A stretch of 64,000 bases of DNA from NCBI RefSeq assembly GCF_018350175.1, contig NC_058369.1:23872001-23936000 (forward strand), in the 5' to 3' direction. A model generated the notes under the pieces. The model saw nothing but the letters and a program-made list of their open reading frames with translations. It searched no databases and was not told the DNA's origin. This DNA comes from Felis catus. Its lineage: Eukaryota. The position numbers and the translations under genes were made by a program. Positions within the stretch are counted from its first letter, which is position 1. Each line of letters begins with the position of its first letter. Positions 13,440 through 27,021 of the stretch are shown piece after piece.

Positions 13440-14225
13440 ATTTATCTATTAAACAATAGTGCCAGGAACTATGCCAGGGGCTGGGCTCACAAATGGTCAA
13501 CCATACAGATAAAGGTACTTCTCATGGATGAATGGATATTCTACTGAAGACAGGCAGACACTGTCACAAATAATATAATTCACATAGTGGCAGGTGCTCT
13601 TGAGAGCACAAAACAGGGGGATGTGACAAGGCGGGCCTGGAGGGGAAAAATACTTTTCCCTGGAGGGAAGAGACTTCCAATGATGTGGCCAGGGAGGGCC
13701 TCTTCTGGCTGTAACAGTTAAGTGGAGACCTGCATGATAAAGAGCTAGTCTTACAAAGATGGAGGGGAATGGGTTCTAGACACAGAAGACAACAGGTTCA
13801 GAGGTCCTGATGTGGAACTGATCTTGGCGTGTTGGAGAGCAGAAGGAAAATCAGAGTTCCAGGACTGTTGTAAACCAGGGCATGTTGATAAGAAAGGGAG
13901 TGAGAGTGGGGTGCCTGGGTGGCTCAGTCGGTTAAGCGTCCAACTTCGGCTCAGGTCACGATCTCACTGTCCGTGAGTTCGAGCCCCGCGTCGGGCTCTG
14001 TGCTGACAGCTCAGAGCCTGGAGCCTGTTTCAGATTCTGTGTCTCCCTCTCTCTCTGACCCTCCCCCGTTCATGCTCTGTCTCTCCCTGTCTCAAAAATA
14101 AATAAAACGTTAAAAAAAACTTTAAAAAAAAAAAAAGAAAGGGAGTGAGAGAGGCATACAGGGGCCAGACCAGAGGGGCTCTTGAGAGTCAGAGTAAGGG
14201 CTCTGGACTAATTAAGTGTTCATGA
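13440..14225 (-). mobile_element. L2 fragment interrupted by a SINE
   Basis: gtgccaggaactatgccagggg...ggccagggagggcctct...agtaagggctctggact. Confidence 0.7.
13908..14134 (+). mobile_element. Feline SINE (SINEC_Fc-type), full length
   Basis: ggggtgcctgggtggctcagtcggttaagcg head and A tail; perfect 17-bp TSD aagaaagggagtgagag at 13890-13906 and 14135-14151. Confidence 0.97.
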
Positions 14226-15599
14226 AATATGTGAAGGCACTCTCCTAAAGTATATTGTCAGCTAGGGCAGTTTCTATACTTCCATATTGACCCTCAAAGC
14301 ACAGTAGACCCTAACCTGGGTGAGTTTTTCCCAAAGAAAGGGCAGATTAGATGGGTGCTTTTTGCTCAATGAGTTGGGCAAGAAACCAAGGTCTTCCAAG
14401 AGCTCTTCATGTGTCTCTGACCATTAAAGACACTACTGTAGGGGCTTCACAGACTTCGGGGGCCTCCTGGTGGGCACACAATCAGCTTGGGTAGGCCCAA
14501 ACCTGTTGGCAATCATTCCTGCTTCTGTCTCTGAGTTTTACACAAAGATTTTTTTCCCCTTCTGCCACTGGGAAAAGTACATAAAAATAGGTGTGCCACT
14601 TGAAAATTAAACAGAGGGTAAATACGCAGAGCAGCTGGGCTGTGATCTAGATAACACCAGAGAATCTAAGAGTGGGAAGTCACGTAACATAAGAATAAGA
14701 AAGAAAGAAAGAATCATGGCAGTAATGATCGGTTTGGAAAAAAAAAAAATAGATGGAAAGAATTTGGAAGGTAACAACTTCCAGATGGTCCTGGTGGTGA
14801 AGATAGCTATATATAGAGAAAGAGGGGCTAATTAGTTCCTGGGCCGAGGCCCCAGTTTCTGTTAAGTGAGTGATTGTTTCGTGGTGGTTTAGCTCAATGC
14901 TAGGGGACACACACCACATTGCGAGTAAATTAAGTATTTGGGTTTTTTTCCAAGCAGTGGGAATTGCCTAACCTTAATACAATTAATTAAGACTCAATGA
15001 ATGTTTAATTTAGTTCTGGTGCTTGTACCAGGGACACAATGGGCTCTTTGTTTTGGCCAAGACTCCTAAATATTGGAAAAAGGGAGGCAGGCTGAAAGAG
15101 AGCAAGGGTTAGTCAATAGCTTTTCCCCAAATGCTCAGATGCACAAGTTGGTTTCCAAATGTAACAGCCAATTCAACGAAACCCAAGAGATTGCCTTAGA
15201 AGGAGGCTGTGGACCTTCCAGGAGAAAAGAAAAAATATTGCCTCACGCCTCTGGGTTGGCATCAAAAGTTACAAGTTAGTCTTTCAAACACCCTCTCTAA
15301 AACTCTCACTCTGCCAACTAAATGGACCATCTTTATAGTGCATGCTCAACTAAATTCTCACTTGGTTTCTTCCTACTTTCAAGTCAGGAACCCTTGCGGT
15401 GAAAAGAAGGCTTGAGAAAATTTAGGAGTTAGGAAGAATAGTTGGAATGCTGAATACTTCCAGAAGACTGTAACCAAATGGACCACTTTTGGCTGGCTAC
15501 CAACCATCACCTGACAGGCGGCTAGACAAACATGTGGGGATTTTTATCACTATCAAATCCACACTATTGGCTCCTAAGAGAATTCCACAAAGAACAACA

Positions 15600-15865
15600 A
15601 TAATAAAAAGTGCTTCTGTTTACTGTGTATCTACTGTGCATCAGCCCCATGTGTGGTGTTCCATGTAGATTATCTCATTAAACGTTCACAATAACAAGTG
15701 GTCAGCATTCTTATCATCCCCTGTGGAACATGTGTAGGAGCTGAAGCTTTGAGATATTAAGTCCTTTACTCAGGGTCTCATAGCTAGCAAACGAAGGAAC
15801 TGGGATTGCAACCAAGGATGCTTGACCTTGAAGCCTGTACTAACTCTTGCTCACGCCTGATACTG
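15600..15865 (-). mobile_element. MIR SINE
   Basis: attatctcattaaacgttcacaataac...ctgaagctttgagatattaagt...tagctagcaa. Confidence 0.7.
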
Positions 15866-17459
15866 TGCTGAGTTACTCTCTAGGTGAACTCCCATTGGGT
15901 GGATGAGCTAGAGGGATTGCCAAACAGCTGGCTCTCTCTATACACACCAGCAAAGGAAGCCTCAACATTTTAGCCAGAGAGCAAATGCCTGCTGTGTGCC
16001 CATTTACACACCAACTTGCAAAGTTGGCAAGTGCTGGGAACTGCTGGTAGAACAATGGCTTCGCATCCCAATCAAATTGGATAGGAGAACTAACTGGTTA
16101 GAGAATATAAGAAAGGAGGCCCATGGCATGGATCCCTGTGAGGCTCCAGTCATTTTTTTTCTTGAATCTGGTCCTGTTCATTCTTAATCCATTGCTGGAA
16201 GGCTATCAGTCTCTGGGAGACAGGGTGAGATGGAGGTAAGGAGGCAAAGATTATTGGCCCAAATTCCCATCTCTCCATTCTCTTAAGTTTGGTTTCAGTG
16301 GAAGCCCAAGGGGTGGCCCAAAGACACCTAGTTTGGCCAAGGATCAATTATCCCTCACCTTCACCTTATCCTATGGGACCTTTAGCAGCCTGGGATGATT
16401 ACAGTCCTAACCTAGAACTTTAAGACTACTCAGAAAATGTAACTCATCTAAACTATCATTAAATTATAAAATTTAAAGTAGAACATTAAAGATAATTTAG
16501 ATCAATATCATCTCACTCCCAATTATCATTGACCTACAACCACGATCCTTAATACAATTCTGTGGAAGAAAGGGAGAGAAGAAAAGAAGTTGGTTAGCTA
16601 GCTAAGTTTCTAAGAGGTTAAATGACTTATGAAGGGTTACCAGGTAAGTGGCAAAGCCAGGACAAGAACACAAGTATGCAAATAGTATGTGGCCTTCCCA
16701 TTATATCATCCTGCCACTATTTTTTTCCTGAGTATCCATAAGTTGTCCATTTGTGCATCCATCCAGTTAAGAGAATCCTTATTACTTACTATCTGCTAGG
16801 TATTGGTAAGTGCAAACATGAGTAACTCCCCTCTTTTTTGGTCTTTTGTGAGCTCTAAGACAGATAACTGATGTTTAGAACTGTGCCTGGCCTACCATTC
16901 AAATATTTGCTAAAGAGATGCATGAAAGCACCCAGATTAACACAATTCATGGCAGACTGTAAGGAGCCACAAATACCCCAACAGTGGGAAGAGTACCTGA
17001 GGCAGAAAAGGCATTCCATAATATTTATTGAATGAACAAATGAGTGAGTAAGTAAATGAACCAAAATGAGTCCAGCATAATCGGCACTGCTAGGCTTTCA
17101 GAACACTAGGTAGTAGTGTCTGTGGAGAGAAATTACTCCCTCACATGACCTTTTCTAAGGGGTCTTGTGTTAGTTCAGGAGCTAAGGTCTCTGGAATCTT
17201 ACAAGACTCTGAAAGGCTTACATTAGAACCCAGCTCTGCCACCTAATCTCCACATGTCCTTGGACAAGTGTTAGCACTTTATCCTCTCTGATTCTTGCTC
17301 TACAGGAGGGCAAAGTAGTAGAACCTGCCTTGTCAGGCTACTGGGAAAATTAGAAGGTAGTAAAGTAAAATTCTTAAGAAATACAAGTGATTCCTACCAG
17401 GAATTCTTGTCCATTTTCACTACAAGCTTTTCTGCTTTATCCACCCATCCATTTATCTA

Positions 17460-17700
17460 TCTGCATTTCCTATTTACTAGGCATTATCTTAGCACTAGTA
17501 AATAGTTAATAGAAACATTAACACACTCAATTCTCCTAACAAGTCAGGCACTATTATCTCTCATTTTACATACAAGAAAAACAAGGAGTCAAGAGGTTAC
17601 ATGACTTGCTAGAGTCACACAGTGAGAAAGTCGCTGAGCTGAGATTCTCATGGAGGCAGCCTGGCCCCAGAGTCTGTGCACTTGGCCACCATGCTATGTT
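17460..17700 (-). mobile_element. MIR SINE
   Basis: ctattatctctcattttacatacaagaaaa...agaggttacatgacttgctagagtcacacag. Confidence 0.8.
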
Positions 17701-18468
17701 GCTTGCCAACAATGGAAAGAGGCTCACCTGCTGTCTCCTGAAAACATGATGGTCTTTTCACCACGATCCCTGCATGGCTAAAAACTCAGGGACAGTCACT
17801 TCCAGGAGACTAGCACCTCACACTTAAAAAAAAAAAGTGATCATGAAATGGGTGTATCAGCTTGGCAAGGCATAGCTCTGAACTCAACTTGGCAGAGGAG
17901 TGGTATAGCTCACTGAACAGCACCAAGACACCAGTCACTGGTACTCACCACCTGGATCTCCTGCGATGCCACCAGGTTTGACAATATAGTTTCCCCTACA
18001 CAACACAACTGGGTTGGTGCCGAAAGCACCAGATGTCCAGACAACTCTGGTGGCATTTTGCACCTTGGAAGATTCAGTCACTGCCTCCTGCATTATCTTC
18101 CTCCTGCGTTATCTTGTTCTATACACTCGAGGTCTTCATCTTCCTAATCGTATTTATAGCAATAATAATAGTCTTTATTCTGTAGCAGTACAAGCCAGAA
18201 TTTTCACATTATCTCATTTAACCTTGTAACAACCCCACTATTACGTGTTGCTGTCCACATCTTAAAAATGCTGTTCAGAGTTTCCTTTATTTGCCCATCT
18301 GTCCATCTGCCTAGCCCTGTTACATGCCAGGCCTGTGCCAGGCATGGGGGCTATGAAGACCAGCAAAACCAACCTGCTCCTGCTTTCATGGAGGTTATCA
18401 GCTAAATCCCACAAATAGCAGTAACATGACAAATAATATGAGGAGTAAGAAAAGGATGCTATGGGGGA

Positions 18469-18684
18469 GGGGGACACCTCGTGGCTCAGCTGGTTAAGCG
18501 TCCGACTCTTGGTTTCAGCTCGGGTCTTGATCTCATGATTTTGTGAGTTTGAGCCCTGCATCGGGCTCTGTGCTGACAGTGTGCAGCCTGTTTGGGATTC
18601 TCTGTCTCTGTCTCTCTCTCTCTGCCTCTCCCCTTCTCTCTTGCTCTAAATGAATAAATAAATAAACTTAAAAAAAAAAAAGAA
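18469..18684 (+). mobile_element. Can-SINE inserted in an antisense L2 (about 18320-18910)
   Basis: gtggctcagctggttaagcgtccgactctt...; TSD aagaaaaggatgct(a/g)tggg at 18447-18465 and 18685-18703. Confidence 0.93.
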
Positions 18685-21104
18685 AAGAAAAGGATGCTGT
18701 GGGCTATGAGACCCTAGAGTGAAGGACCTGCCCAGGCTGGGTCCAGGGAAAATTTTCCTGGGGAAGCAGGAGAAGGGCCGGACTTAGAATTAATAGGGCC
18801 AAGGGGGTGGGAGTAGGGGTGGTATGGCATGGGATGATCCAGGCAATGGGAAGAGCATGTGCACAGGCTTGGAAATAAAAAGAAGCATGAGACCTTCAGG
18901 GGCTGGGTCCTTCCCTGCCTTGGCCATGGTTAACCAGCTGGTCTTCCTGGGAGTACGGTCAGTCTTTCCACAATGCCATTTTGCCTGCCCTTTGTATTGG
19001 ACACAGCTCCATGACCCTCTCGTGACAATAATTTTACCATTTATGGGTGAGAAATCACATGATGACAAAAAAGGATCAGGAATCCATTAACCCTTTTAAA
19101 TTATTTTATATTTTATCGACCACACCAAATCTACATATATTTGAAAAAATAGTCAACTATACTATATTATTTACTTATCAGCCCGGTGGACAGCCTGGCA
19201 CATTTGGGGGTTTTATAAAATAACTCCATGTTACTTGCCTATAGGTTCTGAAAATGTGGAAACTACTGGCTGGCATATGTGTCTTCCTTTACTTGTCTGT
19301 GAGCTCCTTACTTCAATGCCTTGCATATAATAGGTGTTTAACTTAACATGTGTTGATGGAGCACATACGTGCATGAATACTCAGTGGTCTCTCATTCATT
19401 AATAAATATGTATTGAGTGCCTATTATGGGCCAGGCACAGGTCTCAAACCTGGGGCTCTAGCAGTGAAAACACTGGGGGAAGTGTCTGCCCTTATGGAGC
19501 TTACATTCTACTGAGTCCAGGAAGAATGAACACATTTCTCCTTTGATGTTCCTGCAAAGGCAAAACTAAACCTTAAAGGATTTTGTCCTTGATTTTTTTT
19601 GAGCAATACAAAGATGATTCAGATGTATATCTCTTCAATCCCCTTTCCTGTCTGGCTACAGGCCTCATTACAAACCATGCCATGCCTGGGAGTCAAGGGT
19701 CAGAGATGGGAAAGGCCACGTGTTCTGCTCACCTCCCATGTAGCCTGATAGAGGTTCTATTTGTGCTCCAGGAGCAAGGGACCTGCCACTCCAAAGACGC
19801 CCCTTCAGATGTGGTGAGTTTGTCAGCACTTGCCCAATGCAGCTGAGATCTCTGCATTACACCAGCTTGGCACAAAAGGTTTTGGTTCCCTTCTCTTCCC
19901 AAGTATGTGGTTTTTATAGGGGATCTGAAGGGGTGGTTAGAAATTCCAGTCATGGGATGCCCCGGACATGAAGACGGTTTATAAGAATCTGCTCATGCTG
20001 TAAGGTAACTGTCAAAAGCTGAAGAAATTGATTTTTTTGGAATATTACATTTTACGTATCCATGCATTCTCTCAAGATGTCCAATCCACAAACTGCCTGC
20101 AAGCTACTTGGGATGTATGTACACCATACACCATGCTCCGACCATTTATTGGGACCAGCTTGCTCCATTTCTATGATCCTGCCTGTATTCTACCTATTAA
20201 ATATTGTCAGTCCCGGCTGTAATATAATCCTGGCTGAGATTCACATGCAAGATGTAATCTTGACAAGCCATTTGGAATCTCTTCTAAAAAAACGTAAAAG
20301 CCAGCATTCTTCCAGAGGAATGAATCAGTCTGATAAAAGTGTCTACAGGGGAAGCCTAATCAGTTCATATGAGAACTTGTCAGTAGACCCTCTACTTGGA
20401 CTGTGAGATTAAACCGTCTTCATAAATTGTCATTAGAAGGAAGCAGGGTCCCTTCAGCTAAGATGCTCTTCTCTTATTTCCACCTTGAAACTCTGGTTTG
20501 CATTTCTGCAGGGGAGAGACACCAGCAAAAGCCACATCTGGAATGAACACCAAAAAGATAACAAAAATCCCCCTTTTGCTCATGAATATGGTTGCTTTCT
20601 AACCTTCTAATGCAGGATGCCAGCTCTCTGCTCTCCCACAGCCGTATGGAGTTCTGAGAGGAAAAACCTGCCTCACTTTATTATTTCTTTATTTCTAAAC
20701 ATCCTTATTTTTGACCTCTTATCCAGTTAATCACCCGCTGATTATTTTAAAGGTATGCTAATATTTAGACAAATCCTCCAAGATGTCTCGGGTTGGAACA
20801 GGAAATGCTTTATGTCATTGTAATGTTTATTAACATTAGTGGTGAAATCATATCATTACAAGGGAAAACATTTTCAGATGATTTTTGATATCATCTAAAG
20901 TGATCAGTGTGTGAGATCAGAACAAGGCACAATGAAGAGCCATCTCAAGAGAGGCTCTGCCAAGGAAGTAGCAACTCCATTCACCTATCTCATTAATTTG
21001 CAAGAGTTTCTGTCAGAGATTTTTTTTAAATAAATTATTCTCAATGTTTATATCTTTCTTTGCTTCTCACAGTAATCCATACTAACATGGGAGAACAAGG
21101 ACAA

Positions 21105-21290
21105 ATGTGATTCCAGTCCTGGTTCTGCCACTTGCTGGCTAAATGACCTTGGTAAAGTCAGCCAGCTTTCCCCAGACTCCATTTCACCATTTGCAAAATG
21201 GGATAATAACATCACCGACTCACAACAGCTGTTACAAGTATTGAGCACATTCTCTGGGACATTGTGAACCCAGAACAATGTTTAGAGCAC
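21105..21290 (+). mobile_element. MIR SINE
   Basis: tctgccacttgctggctaaatgaccttggtaaagtc...ttgcaaaatgggataataa. Confidence 0.75.
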
Positions 21291-21376
21291 TTTATGGTGG
21301 ATAATTATTTGTTTGATGAATGAATGAATGGATCAGCCAATGAATCTATTCCTACCTAAACTGTAATATTCTAAGT

Positions 21377-21581
21377 CAGGGGTTGGCAGATTTTTTCCTG
21401 CAAAGGGCCAGAGAAGAAATATTTTAGGTTTTGGAGGCTCTGTAGTCTTTGTCATGACTACCCAGCTCTGTGTTGTGCAGAAACCAGCTATACACAGTAA
21501 AGAAATGAGTATGGCTGTTTGCCCATAAAACTTTATTTGCAAAGACAGGCAGGGGACTGGATTGGGCCCACAAGCCATAGA
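21377..21581 (+). mobile_element. MER58A-like hAT-Charlie MITE
   Basis: caggggttggcaga...aagggccaga...aatattttagg...cataaaactttattt...ttgggcccacaagccatag. Confidence 0.85.
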
Positions 21582-22519
21582 TTACATTCTAAAAGCCTAG
21601 CCCGCTAATGACAAACCAGACTGAGTCTCAAAATAAGTGTTCAGTCATGACTTATAAGCTTAGTGTTAGATCAAATCCTTCAAAGGAAAACTAAGAGGCA
21701 GTAAGACAGTCCCTCTCAGCTTCACTGCAACCATTTCCTGCACCCTGTCACACTCTCCCTACCACTGTCAGGACTCATCGTGGTCTCACAGGTATGTTGG
21801 GGCCCTTCCACCCATCTGGGGACTCATTCATCCTGTAAACCAGCCTTGTTGCACCCAACTCCTCCTTGGAACCAGGCCTCTGGAGACACCTGGGTAAGCC
21901 AAAGGTCCTCCTGGAACCCACTTTTGTATAAAATCTTCAGACATGGAGGAGGAACCTCCTCATCCGTGTCCAAGAAAAGAAATGGAAGTGCTATTCCTTC
22001 TATTAGCGCTACTCCTTCCTCCTATTAATCTCAGGAGTATAGAATCATGTTGCAGAAGATGGAAAACCATGGACCTGAGCTGCTAAAAGGCTAGCACTTC
22101 TCTCCTGAGTGCCTACTGTGTTCGAGGCACCACCTAGATTGTTCCCCCACCCCCAGTGTACAGAAGGAGAAGCGGAGCTCACAAAGCACAAAGACACAGC
22201 CTGGAGCAGAAACTGGCACCTAAGTTGCTCTGACCCAGGTCTGACGGACTCAAAAGACCAAGTTATGAAAAACTACTGTCTGCTCCTGGGCACAAATGGC
22301 AGCTGAGTACTCATGGGAGCCAGGCTTTCAAAGTTAGCACAGTTTGCAAGCATTTTACTTAACTGATGTGCTCATTTATTTTATTTTTCTTTTCCATCTC
22401 CCCACTAGATTATAAAATCAAAAGAAACTGATCTGTATATACAGCACAGTCCCTGGCACAACGTAGGTGCTAATTACATATTTGTAGAATTAATTTAAAA
22501 AGAAGAATAATGAAGATAC

Positions 22520-22760
22520 TAGATAGTAGTAGTCGTCTGTGGGCTGGGCGTCAGGCTAAGAATTTGACATACATTATCTCAAAGGCTCCTCCAATCCCAC
22601 ACGTTAGTGACTATTATTTTCCCCATTTTATTGATTATAAAACTAAGGTTCTGAAAGGTTAACCCTTCTAGGCTAAGGTCAGGAAGCTAACAAATGGCAG
22701 AAGCAATAATTGAACCCAATTCTGTCAGGCTTTTAACTCAGATTCTTCTTACTCCATTCA
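22520..22760 (-). mobile_element. MIR SINE (preceded by an L2 3' end at about 22370-22500)
   Basis: ctattattttccccattttattgattataaaactaagg...aaggtcaggaagctaacaaatggcag. Confidence 0.75.
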
Positions 22761-25479
22761 GTTCCCCCCACACAATGATCGCCCTTGTCCCAACCCAGAC
22801 AGTGAGTCCGTTGGCTGAGGGCCCTGTTCCTTCCACAACAAAAGTCATCTTTTCTCTTTCTCCCTGACCACGTTTGTTCCTAGTGTCTGGAAATTGCTCT
22901 CACCTATAAAATCAGGATAATTTTCCATTGTCAACACACATCCCCACCTCCTCCATGGGGTTTTTGTGAGAAATAACTCCATTTGCAACCATTAATTAAG
23001 TTGTTAAAAGTACAAGTGGCTTTTTCTCCATTTTTACATGGCTTCTCAAATGGTTAATGCTGATTTCTTTCTCGGTGCAAACACAAGGAGCTCATAACTT
23101 TTCAATGGATTATGAAAGTTATTCCCCCAGGGGCTCGGCAAGGCAGTCATCACTGGGCATAGCTTTGACATGACGTCAGTGAATTCAGTCCTTCCCGTGC
23201 TAATGGTGGTTCTTAATAATATTATTGGAATTATTATTACCTTCAATTAAAAGGTTGGCCATGAATGACTTACTACTTCAGAGAGATTCCCCAAAGAATC
23301 ACATTAGAGTTCGCCGTCTTTTTGCCAAAGGGCACCATAAGAACAGGAACTGTAGTCCTTGCCCATCCCCCAAGTAAATACATTAATTAATAAATACGCA
23401 GCATTCAAATATTTTATGTTTTTGGCTGGTTACCAGGTTTTAAATTGACTTCCTTAAAGGTGGATAGGGCTGGCTAATCACTACCACTTTGTTTTAGAAA
23501 CTAAAACAAAAAAAAAATCAAGAAAACTTGACATTTTTTCCTTCATTTTTACTCACCAAATTACATTAGAACAGTACAGCTACAACCTTCACAAAATGGC
23601 CCATCTCTTATCTTGCTGGAGACTGGGCAGCACAGGGGTTTCAAATACAATCTAAGGAATGGTCTCTAGTAAAAGCACTTCTATTACATGTCCCTTGACA
23701 ATACGTGTGGATTGAGAACACCCTGGAGAAAGGCCTTCAAAGCCAGGTGAACTGCTCATTGGATTCAGGGTCAGTGAGCTGCCTGACTTGGCAAATAAGC
23801 TTAAAGCTGGAGGTAGTTCTCAAGGAAAAAGCTGGAACATGTAAGTTCACTCAAAAGGGGGCTTTGACTATGCCCAGAATCTGATGCTCAGACACCATGG
23901 AAATATGTTAGCCACCTCTGGGGAGACTAGGTCCAGGTGCTAGGACAGAAACCCTACCTTCCTCCTCAGAAGTGGTGTTAGCATGTACCCAGACCAATTG
24001 GACAGAGATGAGATCTCAAGGGTATGAGGACAATTCTGGGGGGGTCCCAGGTGCAGAATTACATGGAGGGATCCTTGAAATCAGGAAATAGAGTGAATTC
24101 ATACCTAGGAGAAGAGGGAAGCTTAGGTGCCCACAGAAGGGAAAGAAAGCATAAACTGGGGGCCAGAAAGGAAGAAGATGCTGGGACACAATGTCTGGTC
24201 CACAATGGACACACACATATATGCTAAATAATGAACAAATGAATGAGTGATAGGGAGAGGCCTAACATTCTGCTTGGCCTAAAAGCTCTGTCAACTTAAA
24301 CCCATGTCAGTGGAGAAAGAATATCTGTGTGTAGCACCTAGGTTAATTTCAATACTTATATTCAAGAATATGCTCCCTTGCTTTTAACCCAACCAAACCA
24401 AAGCCAACCAACTTGTGTGAATTTATGGTACTTTTGTTCCTGTGGGTGTATGTGTGTGTGTGTTTAATCTTTGTTTCTAATAAAATTACTTACTTAACCC
24501 CCTGGGCTGCTTATGAGTTTATCAAGGGCAGGAAGCAGATGTTTTCACACTTGGACCCAGGGTGAGAGAGAAGAGGCAGTATATCATTCAGATGAGGAGG
24601 CAGACCACAGAGAGCCTTGAGGACAGTCACGTCAAACTGAGAGGAAGCAACTTTAGGAGGGCTGCCTGGGAAGTCCTACACTGCCTGATATTAAAAGATG
24701 CTACAATTCACAGGTCCTGTGTCTGCATTTTACCTCCCTTGGAGAAGAAATCCATGGCTGTGTTGGAGCAGCTAAGACTTGGCTTTGATTCTTTGTCTGC
24801 CTCGTTGGTGACAAACTTGGCCTCCCTGCTTCCTGGAGAGCCTGTTCCTTGTCCATCTGTCTTTGTCAATGAATGAGATTCCAGGTTTTTCAACAATGCT
24901 CCCATTCCAGGAATGGCTTTGCAGCCTGATTCTGCCCAAGTTTCTGACTGTTCTTGACACATGTTATTACTTTCTCTGCCATATCTTTCTAGAGATCCTA
25001 CTTTATCCATACCCCTGGAAGGAGAAACCCCACAGACAGCTTGATCGGCCCTAACTTGCCAGAGTTGACTATACCAAGTGAGGACTCTTGCTTTAGGCAA
25101 ATATATCTATAAGGATAGCCAGTCACCTGGAGCTTGCAGCCTAGTTCTGAGATTGACTAATGAGCTGCTTCCCCTAGGGACTGAGAAAGAGGGATTCCAA
25201 GGGACTGAGTAATTCCATGAAAAGGCTGTGGGGACACGTAGGCTATAGCAAGAGTATAATGAAGGTAGAGGGGACAGAACAGATGAGAAAATAGACAGGT
25301 ATCCTGATTTTCCATTCTCCAGATCCAGTCTTGTGCTGCTCGGCTACACTTCCTGCCCTTCAACTCTGTGAGAGTCTCCTGCAGGTTTTCAACACGTCCC
25401 CTGCAGCAGATGCTCTCTTTACCTGCTCATCAATCAGGACAGATTCTTTCTGTAGCAGTATCTTGGTTTTTTTCTTTTT

Positions 25480-25966
25480 TCCTTCAAGGAATCACACCTC
25501 ACCCATTGTAAGACCTTGGGCATGGAACATGACATAGGCCTAACTAAGCCAAAATATCCTATTTCTTACCCACACAGTGATATGTTTGTTCATGGATGGA
25601 AACGGGGCAAAAATTGGTGGGATGAGCTTCATCTGGGGATTTTGCTAGAACTATTAAGACAGTGAGGCTTCCATAGATACTTCTGGGGTATCTATATTAT
25701 TATATAAATATCTAAGGCTGTTAGCAGATGTTTTTTTATCTTATGGTGAATATGTTAGTGGAAGTCTGCTAAAGAATGAAATATCGCTAGAGGAAAGCAA
25801 AACCAAGAGATGGTGACAGACAGAGTCCTAATGATTTTGTTTTAATCCCCTGAATCCAGCCATACCTGAAAACATTATATCTTGACTTTTCAGTTACAAG
25901 GATCAATATATTCCTATTCTCTTTTAAAAAGTAGTTTGAATTGATACAAGATTACTGACTACTACA
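25480..25966 (+). mobile_element. Old MaLR LTR (MLT1J/K-like)
   Basis: gaggaaagcaaaaccaagagatgg...cctgaatccagccatacctgaa...gacttttcagttaca...ctgactactaca. Confidence 0.65.
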
Positions 25967-26509
25967 TATTCCTTTTAGATTCACATAGCCTGGATAGGTC
26001 ACTATTCTTTGCAGCACAGGAACCTTCCTTCTTAATCCTGTCCCCTTTTTTCTCCTACTACTTACCTTGTCAAGAAAAGCTGTTAAAAATGTATTTTTTC
26101 CCAAAGTAACTTTACTTTAAAAGATTTTATCCTTGTGAAGTTAAAATTTTAATTTCTCCTTAAATTTTTGTTAGGTCAACACAGAATTCAAAATTATATG
26201 TATATTTATACAATAAAATATTTTTCAATACAATCAAGGTGTTTTGATTAAAGGAGTGTTATTGGAGAGACATCAGAGAGAGTATTAACCAAAGTAAAAC
26301 TTGAGATTAGCAATTATCATAGACCTAGAATACAACTTTTCTTTTTATAAATAAAAAGCCAACCTAATATTACCTCAAATACTTCCTTGATATTGCTATT
26401 TCCTTCATGACTGAGATTTTTCAAAATTGTATTCTGCCTCGAGGTAATCATTATGAGCATCAATTATCATCATGTGAATACAGAAGTCTGGTAAATACAA
26501 TATTAGTGT

Positions 26510-26700
26510 TACAGTCTTGGGCAAGTGACTCAAACTCTCTGTGCTTCAGGTTTTTTTTTTTTTTTACTTGCAAAATGAGGATAACAATAATTCCTACCTC
26601 ACAGGGTTGTTGCAAAGATTAAACAAGTTGATACACATAAAACACTCAATAGGGTATCTGGCACAGGGTCAACTTTATTGCTATGATTATTTTCTCATTA
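26510..26700 (+). mobile_element. MIR SINE
   Basis: cttgggcaagtgactcaaactctctgtgcttcag...aaaatgaggataacaataattcctacctcacagggttgttg. Confidence 0.85.
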
Positions 26701-26847
26701 CCTTTCAACGTATTACTGGATGAATGTATCTTTGTAGAAATTGGTGGCTTCCATTTGCAGTAAAATTAGACTTTAGTCAGCATCTAATGTTGAAGAGAAA
26801 ATATTTAGAGAAAAGTAAGTATTGAATTTTAAATAAAATTGAGACTC

Positions 26848-27021
26848 CCATCCAAGTCTGGGTGGCTCAGGTCACGATCTGATGGTTTGAGAGTTCGAGC
26901 CCTGCATCAGGCTCTGTGCTGACTATGTGGAGCCTGCTTGGGATTCTCTCTCTTTCTCTCTCCCTCTCTCTCTTCCCCTCCCCCACTCATACTTTCTCTC
27001 TCTCTCTCAAAATAAATAAAC
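26848..27021 (+). mobile_element. Can-SINE with deleted head segment
   Basis: gtctgggtggctcag|gtcacgatct; TSD tttaaataaaattgagactc at 26828-26847 and 27022-27041. Confidence 0.9.

Noticed and set aside
13908..13990. tRNA-like A and B boxes
   Set aside because: tRNA-derived head of a Can-SINE, not a tRNA gene; the same applies to the other SINE heads.
12935..14101. Short ORFs resembling database hypothetical proteins
   Set aside because: Translations of Can-SINE bodies.
22895..22925. TAG|GTGAGA recursive-site-like motif
   Set aside because: Resembles the MIR core motif (ctcacctataaaatcaggataa), which generates this pattern by default.
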